Of a DNA stretch of 64,000 nt, positions 24,089 through 35,604 are shown piece after piece. This stretch comes from Mobula hypostoma (lineage: Eukaryota), in the NCBI RefSeq assembly GCF_963921235.1, contig NC_086097.1, forward strand, positions 214,646,001-214,710,000. Direction: 5' to 3'. Each line of letters starts with the position of its first letter. The first letter of the stretch is position 1. The notes below the pieces were generated by a model. The model did not search any database and was not told the DNA's origin. It saw only the letters and a program-made list of their open reading frames with translations. Both the position numbers and the translations under genes were made by a program.

Positions 24089-24749
24089 GGAGGGGGGAAA
24101 CGAGAAGATGGCGGCGTGACGCAGCACGTGCAGCTGCTCAGAATGATATCGTATTTGTGAAGTAGGATGCCGTGCACAATCATGATTTGATGGAGACAGC
24201 CGTGAGAAGCACGGAGGAACATCTGGAGGAACTTCTGAAATGCCTCCTTCGCTGCTGCCGCTGCTATTGTGCGATCGAGAATCTCCAGAGGGGAAGGCCC
24301 TAAATCCTCAGCTTTGCCAATTGCTGGGGCCGGGGTCGAAGCGCTCAGCAGAGATGGTCCTTGGTGTCAGAGAGCTGGTTGGAGGCTCAAAGTTTTTGGA
24401 CGGACTCGGAGTTGGACTATGGTCGGGTGCTTCCAGGATGCTGCATCGGCAAGTTTGCAGCGCTGGAAGCTCATGGCAGGGAGAGTTTCTCCCTTCAACC
24501 GTCTGCGTGAGATGATGGGACTTTCGAGAGACTTTGAGACTTTTACTGTGCCCACTGTCGTCTTCTATCAAATTACGGTATTGCTTACACCGTTGTAACT
24601 ATGTTATAATTATGTGGTTTTTGTCAGTTTTTTTAGTCTTGGTTTGTCTTGTGTTTCTGTGATATCATTCTGGAGGAACAAATTGTATCATTTCTTAATG
24701 CATGCATTACTAAATGACAATAAAAGAGGACTGTGTGTCCTCATAATCT
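24089..24749 (+). mobile_element. Non-autonomous retroposon, copy A (~660 bp)
   Basis: Homologous to 27642-28329; begins G-rich plus AAGATGGCG; ends AATAAAA-hairpin-ATAATCT; TSD tatccttg/tatcattg (24081-24088, 24750-24757). Confidence 0.8.
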
Positions 24750-25099
24750 TATCATTGATCTCACTGATAAATAGATATATTTGTCTGAGCATCATCAGCC
24801 ACTGAGAGTGTCCAGCAAATGTGGACTCCATGAGAATGATGGTCCTACCAAATATAGTGCTGATGATGCATGGCAATATTTGGCAGACCTCATTCAAAAC
24901 TTCTAAACTCCTGTCACTGCAATCTACAGCCTGTAATTTTCCTTTAGGAAGGATACTTTATAAACATCTAAATAAAGAAGCAATTTTACGATATCCTGAA
25001 GGATTCAGCAGACTCAACCCTCAGGAATGCAGGTACGACACCTTTAAGCGGGAGAAGTGTCATTGTCTTGTCCTGAAGAGAGGCCAGCAGATATGATTC

Positions 25100-25670
25100 C
25101 AAGCCAGACGAAAACAATGGCTATTAAACTTCCTCTATTTGGTAGCTTGTTAGCAAATGTACAGTTTCTGGAGTACAAAGTAGAGGACCTATGGGCAAGA
25201 TTGTTGGATTACAGAGAAATGAGGGATTGCTGCGGGCTCAATCCAGGCAGGCTGGATACGATGGTCAGACTCGAGGGCTTCTTACTCTACCAGATGGACT
25301 GAACTGCTGAATTGAAGAGGGCAAAAGTTGGTGCCTGTGTTTCATGATAAACTCTTTCTGGTGCTTGATCACAGCAGTTTTGTTTTACTCTTGTTCTCCT
25401 GACATGGAACATCTAATGATTAAGTGCAGTCCGATCTACTTACCAAGGGAGTTCTCCTCTGTGATCCTAAATGCAGCTTACATAACACCGAAGGCTGATG
25501 TTAAGCAAGTACTTGATGTATTGAGTACTGTGATTAGCAAACAAGGAACAACCTACTCCTATGCCTTTCAAGTTATTGATGGGGACTTCAGTTAGGTTTG
25601 TTTGAAGAGATTTCTGTTCAATTATCATCAACTTCTGAAGCACCAGGGGACCCAACACACTTGACCATTG
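25100..25670 (+). mobile_element. Rex1/Babar endonuclease-region fragment
   Basis: LLANVQFLEYKVEDL, EHLMIKCSPIYLPREFSSVI..AYI.P.A, GDF motifs. Confidence 0.75.
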
Positions 25671-27641
25671 CCCCCACCCACTTGACTACCTAATAAACAT
25701 AATGTATGCAACACAAAATACAAGGCAGATAGAAAATAGTACATGTCTCCCATAATGACCCCGAGTGCCATGGAGAGGTCAGTCCAGGAAGGAGAGGATT
25801 ATTGTTGGCCTTCCAAAGAATCCTGAGTATCCCAGTGTCAAAATACCTGACCCTGCAACTGCATTGTTCATGAGAGAGTTTCAGGTAGGACTGAGTGTCC
25901 CTGAAGTTGGGTGGGGGGGGGGGGGAGGTGGGAATAAGGCTCCTCAACAGTGGGCACATCTTTGTTTTGTGCCTGTGGTCCTAAACTAGCCTGCACTGAG
26001 AACACTTCCAGTGATGTTTTGCTTTAAATAGTAGGAAAAGCATCTCAAATAATGAGCTATTGTATCTACTTGGACTGTATCATGACAGTGGCAGTGTGAA
26101 GCCTTCTGCTCCCGCTTATATTGTTACAGAACGAAATAGGTCATGTGCAACTAGCTTGTCAATTGGCGCACAGAAACATGGAGAGGAACTTGGGTGCAAT
26201 AAGTTGGATCACAGTTCAGTTTTGGAACTGATGCAGTTTCACTTGGAAATGATTCCCAGCATAAACAACTCTTGGTATAATTGAATGTAGATTGGATTTT
26301 GCCTAGAAACTGGGTGCTACATGTCTGATGTTCTTCAGCCCATGTCTCTGAGCCTCACAGTCCAGTTCCCAGGTGATCAATTGCCTGACACTAGTCCACA
26401 CCTCCACCACCCAAACACATATCCGATACTGACACCCCTTCTCTTAGTGTCATAGAAAACCTACAGCACAGTACAGGCCCTTTGGCCCACAAAGTTGTTC
26501 CGAACATGTCCCTACCTTAGAAATTACTATGCTTACCCATAGCCTTTTTTCTAAGCTCCATGTACCTATCCAAAATTCTCTTTAAAAGACCTTAACGTAT
26601 CTGCCTCCACCACTGTTGCCGGCAGCCCATTCCACACACTCACAACTCTGAGTAAAAAAAACTTGCCCTTGACATCTCCTCTGTACCTACTCCCCAGCAC
26701 CTTAAACCTGTGTCCTCTTGTGGCAACCATTTCAGCCCTGGGAAAAAGCCTCTGACTATCCACATGATCAATGCCTCTCATCATCTTGTACATCTCTATC
26801 CGGTCACCACTCATCCTCACCGCTCCAAGGAGTAAAGGCCAAGTTCACTCAACCTGTTTTCATAAGGCATGCTCCCTAATCCAGGCAACGTCTTTGTAAA
26901 TTTCCTCTGCACCCTTTCTATGGCTTCCACATTCTTCCAGTAGTGAGGTGACCAGAACTGAGCACAGTACTCCAAGTGGGGTCTGACCAGGGTCCTATAA
27001 AGCTGCAACATTACCTCTTGGCTCCCAAATTCAATTCCACAATTGATGAAGGCCAATACACCGTATGCCTTCTTAACCACAGAGTCAACCTGCGCAGCTG
27101 CATTGAGGATTCTATGGACTCGGACCCCAAGCTCCCTCTGACCCTCCACACTGCCCAGAGTCTTACCATTAATACTATATTCTGCCATCATATTTAACCT
27201 ACCAAAATGAACCACTTTTCACTTACCTGGGTTGACTCCATCTGCCACTTCTCAGCCCGGTTTTGCATCCTATCGATGTCCCACTGTAAACTGTGACTGC
27301 CCTCCACGCTATCCACAACACCTCCAACCTTTGTCATCAGAGAACTTACTAAACCATCCCTCCACTTCCTCATCCAGGTTATTTATAAAAATTATGAAGA
27401 GTAGGGGTCCCAGATCAGATCCCTGAGGCACTCCACTGGTGACTGACCTCCATGCAGAATATAACCCGTCTACAACCTCTCTTTGCCTTCCTTGGGCAAG
27501 CCAGTTCTGGATCCACAAAGCAATGTCCCCTTTGATCCCATGCCTCCTTACTTTCTCAATAAGCCTTGCATGGAGTACCTTATCAAATGCCTTGCTGAAA
27601 CCCATATACATTACATCTAGTGCTCTTCCTTCATCAATGTG

Positions 27642-28329
27642 AATCCTCCCAGGAGGAGGGAGAAGATGGCGTCAGGACGACAGCGTGCGTGGCCACTTCA
27701 GTGATGAATATCTGTTATCTGTCAAGTAGGGGACCGTGCACAATTCTGATTTGATGGAGACAGACGTGAGAGCACAGTGGAACATCTGGAAAACTTCTGA
27801 AATGCCCGCTTCGCTGCCACTGCTACTGTGTGGTAACCAGAATCTCCGGAGCTGAAGGCCCCGAAATCCTCGGCTTTGCATATTTCAGCAGCCGGGGAGA
27901 GGTTGAAGGTTTTCGGCAGAGGATGGCACTCGGGAGGCTGTATCAGAGGGACTGGTCGGAAGCTCGGAGTTTTCGGATGGATGGACTCGGTGTCGGCTGG
28001 GGTCGGCTGTTTCCAAGGTATCGGGAAGTTGACGTGCCTGGAGGTTTATGGCAGGGAGTTTCTCCCTTTTGCTGCCTGCTATCGGGAACTCGGGAGTCGA
28101 TCAACTCGGGACTTTGAGACTTTTTTTTTTACTGTGCCCATGGTCTGTTCTTTATCACATTATGGTATTGCTTTGCACTGCTGTAACTGTATGTTATAAT
28201 GATGTGGTTCTGTCAGTGTTGGTCTTTGTTTGTCCTGTTTTTCATTCTGGAGAAACATTGTATCATTTCTTAATGCATGTATGCATTTCTAAATGACAAT
28301 AAAAGGGGACTGAGTGTTCTCATAATCTA
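27642..28329 (+). mobile_element. Non-autonomous retroposon, copy B (~690 bp)
   Basis: Inserted in the CR1 RT region with a perfect 6-bp TSD AATGTG (27636-27641, 28330-28335); homologous to 24089-24749. Confidence 0.85.
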
Positions 28330-30068
28330 AATGTGTTGAGTCATATCCTCAAAAAATTCAATCAGGCTCGTAAGGCACAACCTGCCCTTGACAAAGCTAT
28401 GCTGAGTATTCCTAATCATATTATACCTCTTCAAATGCTCATAAATCCTGCCTATCAGGATCTTCTCCAACAACTTACCAACCACTGAGGTAAGACTCAC
28501 TGGTCTATCATTTCCTTGGCTGTCTCTACTCCCTTTCTTGAATAAAGGAACAACATCCGCAACCCTCCAATCCTCTGGAACCTGTCCCATCCCCATTGAT
28601 GATGCAAAGATTATCGCCAGAGGTTCAACAATCTCCTCCCTCACCTCCCACAGTAGACTGGGGTACATCTCATCCGGTCCTGGCGACTGACCCAACTTGA
28701 TGCTTTCTAAATCCTCCAGCACATCCTCTTTCTTAATATCTACATGCTCAAGCTTTTCAGTCTGCTGCAAGTCATCACTACAATCACTAAGATCCTTTTC
28801 CATAGTGAATACTGAAGTAAAGTATTCATTAAGTACCTCTGCTATTTCATCCAGTTCCATACACACTTTCCCACTGTCACACTTGATAGGTCCTATTCTT
28901 TCATGTCTTATCCTCTTGCTCTTCACATACTGGTAGAATGCCTTGGGGTTTTCTTCAATCCTGCCCACCAAGGACTTCTCATAGCCCCTTCTGGCTCTCC
29001 TAATTTCCTTCTTAAGCTCCTTCCTGTTAGCCTTATAATCTTCTAGATCTCTAACATTGCCTAGCTCTCTGAACCTTTTGTAAGCTTTTCTTGACTACAT
29101 TCATTATAGCCTTTGTACACCGCGGTTCCTGTACCCTACCATAACTTCCCTGTCCCATTTGAACGTACCTATGCAGAACTCAAAACAAATATCCCCTGAA
29201 CATTTGCCACATTTCTTCCGTATTTTTCCCTGAGAACATCTGTTTCCAGTTTAAGCTTCCAATTTCCTGCTCGATCGCCTCATAATTCCCCTTACTACAA
29301 TTAAACGCTTTTCTAACTTGTCTGTTCCTATCTCTCTCCAATGCTATTGTAAAGGAGATAGAATTATGATCACTATCTCCAAAATGCTCTCCCAGTGAAA
29401 GATCTGACACCTGACCAGGTTCATTTCCCAATACCAAATCAAGTACAGCCTCTCCTCTTGTAGGCTTATCTACATATTGTGTCAAGAAACCTTCCTGAAC
29501 ACACCTAACAAACTCCACACCATTTAAATCCCTTGCTCTAGGGAGATGCCAATCGATATTTGGGAAATTAAAATCTCCCAACACGACAACTCTGTTATTA
29601 TTACACCTTTCCAGGATCTGTTTCCCTATCTGCTCCTTGATATCCCTGTTACTATTGGGCGGCCTATATAAAAACACCCAGTAAAGTTACTGACCCCTTC
29701 CTGTTCCTAACCTCCACCCACAGAGACTCCATAGGCAATCCCTCCATGGCATCCACCTTTTCTATCTCTCGTCAACAGTGCCACGCCCCCACCTCTTTTG
29801 CTTCCCTCCCTGTTCTTTCTGAAACATCTAAAACCTTAAAATCTAAAAACTTAAAGTAACCATTCCTGTCCCTCAGCCATCCAGATCTCTGTAATGGCCA
29901 CCACATCATCTCTCCAAGTACTGATCCACGCTCTAAGCTCATCCGCTTTGTTCACAACACGGAGAGTGCATGAGTGGGCCAGTGATGGAGTGGAGCTTTG
30001 AGGTTTTGACTCGAGAGGCTTCGAGGAGAAGAGGCGGAGGACAAGCTAGCTCACAGTTAGTTTTTACA

Positions 30069-31003
30069 ATGCCTCCTGAGACGGTGATGTGCCTCTCATG
30101 TGAGATGTGGCAGTCTTGGGGGAACTCCCCTCTCCCACAGAGTCACATCTGCCAGAAGTGCATGCGGCTGGGCGATCTGGAAGACTGTGTAAGGAATCTG
30201 GAGCAGCACCTGGATGACCTTCAACTCATAAGGGAGAATGAGGCAGTCATAGATGAGAGCTACAGAGAGGTAGTCACACCTAGGCTGTCGGAAGCAGGTC
30301 GTTGGGTGACAGTCAGAGGGGGGAAAGCGAAGGTGAGCAGACAGGTAGTGCAGAGCACCTCTGTAACCGTTCCCCTGAATAATAAGTTTACCATCCTGGA
30401 TACTGTTGGCGGGGATGATCAACTAGGTGTGAGCCACGGTGGCAGGGCCTCCAGCACTGAGTCTGACCCTGTGGTGCAGAAGGGTGGGACGGAGAAGAGG
30501 ATAGTTGTCGTCATTGGAGACTCTATAGTCAGGGGAGCAGACAGGAGATTTTGTAGACGTGAGAAGGACACCTGCATGGTTTGTTGCCTCCCAGGTGCCA
30601 GGGTCCAGGATGTCTCTGACTGGGTGCACGACATCCTGGTACAAGAGGGAAAGCAACCAGAAGTCGTGATACATGTTGGGACCAACGACATAGGCGGGAT
30701 GAGGTCCTGAAGTGTGAGTTTTGGGAACTAGGTAGAAGGCTGAAGAACAGGACCTCAAAGGTGGCGTTCTCAGGATTGCTGCCAGTGCTACGTGACAGTG
30801 ATGGTAAGAATTGGAGGAGATGGCAGTTGAATGCGTGGCTGAGGAGTTGGTGCAGGGAGCAGGGTTTTAGATTTTTAGATCATTGGGATCCCTTCTGGGG
30901 AAGGTGGGACCTGTACAGATTGGATGGGTTGTACCTGAACTCGAGGGGGAGCAATATCCTTGCAGGTAGGTTTGCTAGCATGGTTCGGGAGGGTTTAAAC
31001 TAA
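30069..31003 (+). pseudogene. CR1 ORF1: zinc finger/leucine zipper plus SGNH/GDSL-type esterase; one frameshift near 30700
   Basis: CLSC...HICQKC, heptad Leu repeat, VIGDS, CLPGA, HVGTND, DGL(Y)LN. An upstream in-frame ATG exists at 29970. Confidence 0.9.
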
Positions 31004-33917
31004 TTTGCGAGGGGGATGGGACCCAGAGCGATAGAGCAGTGAAAGAAGTGCATGGAGTAAAGCCAGATCTAACATACAGAGAGGCTTTGAGGAAAGGGAA
31101 GCAGAATAAACGGTGTAAAGACAGTAAGGTAGAAGGGCTGAAATGTGTGTACCTCAATGCAAAAAGCCTCAGGAACAAAGGTGATGAACTGAGAGCTTGG
31201 ATACATACATGGAATTATGATGTGGCCATTACAGAGACTTGGCTGGCACCAGGGCAGGAATGGATTCTCAATATTCCTGGATTTCAGTGCTTTAAAAGGG
31301 ATAGAGAGGGCGGAAAAAGGGGAGGAGGGGTGGCATTACTGCTCAGGGATACTATTACAGCTACAGAAAGGGTGGGTAATGTAGCAGGATCTTCCTTTGA
31401 GTCAATATGGGTGGAAGTCAGGAACAGGAAGGGAGCAGTTACTCTATTGGGGGTATTCTATAGGCCCCCTGGTAGCAGCAGAGATACAGAGGAGCAGATT
31501 GGGAGGCAGATTTTGGAAAGGTGCAAAAATAGCAGGGTTGTTATCATGGGTGACTTTAACTTCCCTAATATTGATTGGCACCTGATGAGTTCCAAGGGTT
31601 TTGATGGGGCAGAGTTTGTTAAGTGTGTCCAGGACGGATTCCTGTCACAGTATGTGGACAGGCCGACCAGGGCGAATGCCATACCAGGTCTAGTACTAGG
31701 TAATGAACCGGGTCAGGTCACAGATCTCTCAGTGGGTGAGCATCTGGGGGACAGAGACCACCGCTCCCTGGCCCTTAGCATTATCATAGAAAAGGATAGA
31801 ATCAGAGAGAACAGGAAAATTTTTAATTGGGGAAGGGCAAATGATGAGGCTATAAGGCTAGAACTTGTGGGTGTGAATTGGGATGATGTTTTTGCAGGGA
31901 AATGTACTATGGACATGTGGTCGATGTTTAGAGATCTCTTGCGGGATGTTAGGGATAAATTTGTCCCGGTGAGGAAGATAAAGAATGGTAGGGTGAAGGA
32001 ACTATGGGTGACAAGTGAGGTGGAAAATCTAGTCAGGTGGAAGAAGGCAGCATACATGAGGTTTAGGAAACAAGGATCAGATGGGTCTTTTGAGGAATAT
32101 AGGGAAGCAAGAAAGGAGCTTAAGAAGGGGCTGAGAAGAGCAAGAAGGGGGCATGAGAAGGCCTTGGTGAGTAGGGTAAAGGAAAACCCCAAGGAATTCT
32201 TCAATTATGTGAAGAAAAAAAGGATGACAGGAGTGAAGTTAGGACCGATTAGAGATAAAGGTGGGAAGATGTGCCTGGAGGCTGTGGAAGTGAGCGAGGT
32301 CCTCAATGAATACTTCTCTTCGGTATTCACCAATGAGAAGGAACATGATAATGGTGAGGACAATATGAGTGAGTGAGGTTGATGTTCTGGAGCATGTTGA
32401 TGTTAAGGGAGAGAAGGTGTTGGAGTTGTTAAAATACATTAGGACAGATAAGTCCCCGGGGCCTGATGGAATATTCCCCAGGCTGCTCCACGAGGTGAGA
32501 GAAGAGATTGCTGAGCCTCTGGCTAGGATCTTTATGTCCTCGTTGTCCACAGGAATGGTACCGGAGGATTGGAGGGAGACGAATGTTGTCCCCTTGTTCA
32601 AAAAAGGTAGTAGGGTAATTATAGACCAGTGAGCCTTACGTCCGTGGTGGGAAAGCTGTTGGAAAAGATTTTTAGAGATAGGATCTATTGGCATTTAGAG
32701 AATCATGGTCTGATCAGGGACAGTCAGCATGGCTTTGTGAAGGGCAGATCGTGTCTAACAAGCTTGATAGAGTTCTTGGAGGAGGTGACCAAGCATATAG
32801 ATGAGGGTAGTGCAGTGGATGTGATCTATATGGATTTTAGTAAGGCATTTGACAAGGTTCCACACGGTATGCTTATTCAGAAAGTTAGAAGGCATGGGAT
32901 CCAGGGAAGTTTGGCCAGGTGGATTCAGAATTGGCTTGCCTGCAGAAGGCAGAGGGTGGTGGTGGAGGGAGTACATTCAGATTGGAGGATTGTGACTCGT
33001 GGTGTCCCACAAGGATCTGTTCTGGGACCTCTACTTTTCGTGATTTTTATTAACGACCTGGATATGAGGGTAGAATGGTGGGTTGGCAAGTTTGCAAACA
33101 ACACAAAGGTTGACGGTGTTGTAGATAGTGTAGAGGATTGTCAAAGATTGCAGAGAGACATTGATAGAATGCAGGAGTGGGCTGAGAAGTGGCAGATGGA
33201 GTTCAACCCGAAGAAGTGTGAGGTACACTTTGGAAGGACAAACTCCAAGGCAGAGTACAAAGTAAATGGCAGGATACTTGGTAGTATGAAGGAGCAGAGT
33301 GATCTGGGGGTACATGTCCACAGATCCCTGAAAGTTGCCTCACAGGTGGATAAGGTAGTTAAGAAAGCTTATGGGGTGTTAGCTTTCATAAGTCGAGGGA
33401 TAGAGTTTAATGTCGCGATGTAATGATGCAGCTCTGTAAAACTCTGGTTAGGCCACACTTGGAGTACTGTGTCCAGTTCTGGTCACCTCACTATAGGAAG
33501 GATGTGGAAGCATTGGAAAGGGTACAGAGGAGATTTACCAGGATGCTGCCTGGTTTAGAAAGTATGTATTATGATCAGAGATTAAGGGAGCTAGGGCTTT
33601 ACTCTTTGGAGAGAAGGAGGATGAGAGGAGACATGATAGAGGTGTACAAGATAATAAGAGGAATAGATAGAGTGGATAGCCAGCGCCTCTTCCCCAGGGC
33701 ACCACTGCTCAATACAAGAGGACAAGGCTTTAAGGTAAGGGGTGGGAAGTTCAAGGGGGATATTAGAGGAAGGTTTTTTACTCAGAGAGTGGTTGGTGCA
33801 TGGAATGCACTGCCTGAGTCAGTGGTGGAGGCAGATACACTAGTGAAGTTTAAGAGACTACTAGACAGGTATATGGAGGAACTTGAGGTGGGGGGTTATA
33901 TGGGAGGCAGGGTTTGA
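30994..33917 (+). pseudogene. CR1 ORF2: APE endonuclease plus reverse transcriptase; frameshifts near 32370, 32630 and 33420
   Basis: [47 protein letters not shown] decayed to FANN. Frame is -1 relative to ORF1, with no ATG before 31546. Confidence 0.92.
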
Positions 33918-34553
33918 GGGTTGGTACAACATTGTGGGCCGAAGGGCCTGCACTGTGCTGTACTATTCTACACCCCTTGCGTTAAAACAGAAACATCTCA
34001 AACCTTCGGTCTGAGCACGTCCCTTCTCTATCACCTGCCTATCCGCCCTCTCGCACTGTCAACAAGCTTGCTCTATTTGTGAGCCAACCGCCTCTTCCCC
34101 AGTCTCTTCAGTTCGGTTCCCAACCCCCCCAACAATTTTAGTTTAAACTCTCCCCAGTAGCCTTCGCAAACCTCCCCGCCGGGATATTGGTCCCGCCGGG
34201 ATTCAAATGAAACCCGTCCTTTTTGTACAGGTCACACCTGCCCCAAAAGAGGTCCCAATGATCTGAAAATTTGAATCCCTGCCCCCTGCTCCAATCCCTC
34301 AACCACACATATATCCTCCACCTCATTCTATTCCTATACTCACTGTCGCGTAGCACAAGCAGTAATCCTGAGATGACTACCTTTGCGGTCCTGCTTCTCA
34401 ACTTCCTTCCCAACTCCCTGTAGTCTGTTTTCAGGACCTCTTCCCTTTTCCTACCTATGTCATTGGTACCAGTATGTGCCACGACCATCCCGTTCCATGA
34501 CGATGCTCTTTTCTCTGGGCACCTTTACCTGCATTCGGCCTGCATTAGAATAG

Positions 34554-35289
34554 CATACACCCTGCAAAAACTCATTTCAGGGAGGTAGCACCATCAATTT
34601 GCGGGAGACTCCCAGAACTTCCGGGAGAGGTGGGATGTCTGCAATAGAGTTGCTCCTTAGCAGCTAGCCAGCTAGTTTAAATAACGTTAGCTATGCTAAT
34701 GAACAAATGACACCTGTTAAACTCACCTCAACATGTCTTTTACAGTCTTAACCCACCATGTGCAATAGAAAAGTCACTGTTGCAAAGAGTGCAGCGAGCA
34801 ACACTGTCATTATTTTTGACCCCCATTAGGTAGGGGTACACTTTAGTGTAGTCTGGGGTGACATACATTTTATATTTTCTTTTTTTGGAACACTGCCATG
34901 GTGCGCGCGCATGCGCTCTCTCCCTCTCGCATTCGCGCTCGCTCTCACTCGCTGTCTCTCGTGGTCATTCTTGCTCTCGCTCTCATGCTCTTTCTGTCTC
35001 GTTCTCTCTCTCGTCACTCTCGCACTCGCTCTCTCTCGCTCTCGTGCTCTCTCTCTTGTCACTCATGCTCTCTCGCACGCTCTCTCTCTCGTGGTCGCTC
35101 ATGTGCGCACTCTCTCGCTCTCACGCTCTCTCATTGTCACTTTCGCGCTCGCTCTCTCTCACACTCTCTCGCTCACTCGCTCTCAAAAAAAATTGATTTC
35201 TGGGACATTGTATATAATTTGCGGGCATCAGGGAGCCACTATTAATATGCGGGAGACTCCCGGAACTTCTGGGAGAGGTGGGATGTCTG
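34554..35289. mobile_element. 736-bp non-autonomous DNA-transposon-like insertion with 6-bp TSD
   Basis: GAATAG at 34548-34553 and 35290-35295; paralogous empty site at 10728-10733; 42-bp direct repeats at 34600-34641 and 35248-35289. Confidence 0.75.
34905..35184. repeat. Degenerate (CT)n/(CTCG)n microsatellite
   Basis: Direct reading of the sequence. Confidence 0.95.
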
Positions 35290-35295
35290 GAATAG

Positions 35296-35550
35296 GAACA
35301 TAGAAAACCTACAGCACAATACAGGCCCTTCGGCCCACAATGCTGTGCCAAACATGTACTTACTTTAGAAATTACCTAGGGTTGCACTCTATTTTTCTAA
35401 GCTCCATGTACCTACCCAAGAGTCTCTTAAAAGACCGTATTGTATCTGCCGGCAGCCCATTCCATGCGCTCATCACTCTCTGCGTAAAAAAAAAACTTAG
35501 CCCTGACATCGCCTCTCTACCTATTTCCAAGCACCTTAAAACTGTGCCCT
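35296..35550 (-). mobile_element. CR1 3' end fragment (upstream half of chimeric unit, copy 2)
   Basis: Homologous to 10734-11020 and 1325-1580. Confidence 0.88.
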
Positions 35551-35604
35551 AAATTAGCACAATAATTTATTGCTAACGACTTTATAGGTCCCCCTAGGGA
35601 TTAA

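Larger units (their letters stand above)
29961..33969 (+). mobile_element. Near full-length CR1 LINE
   Basis: ORF1, ORF2 and 3' UTR/tail (ctattcta); 4-bp TSD ACAC (29957-29960, 33970-33973). Confidence 0.96.
26448..34486 (-). mobile_element. Long CR1 LINE (mid-ORF1 to 3' tail), split by retroposon B (27642-28329) and a plus-strand CR1 (29961-33969)
   Basis: ORF pieces 34138-34488, 29180-29677, 28327-28971, 27309-27611, 26817-27215, 26566-26820. Joining 33974 to 29960 restores 'CFNARGVVNKADELRAW'. Confidence 0.92.

Noticed and set aside
31017..31021. UGGGA near the CR1 ORF1 stop considered as a calicivirus-type TURBS reinitiation motif
   Set aside because: A TURBS lies upstream of a stop/start site; here the motif is downstream of the stop and there is no nearby in-frame ORF2 AUG.
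34826..35351. Several ORFs rich in Ser/Leu/Arg/Glu on both strands
   Set aside because: Artefacts of the CT/CTCG microsatellite, which lacks stop codons.
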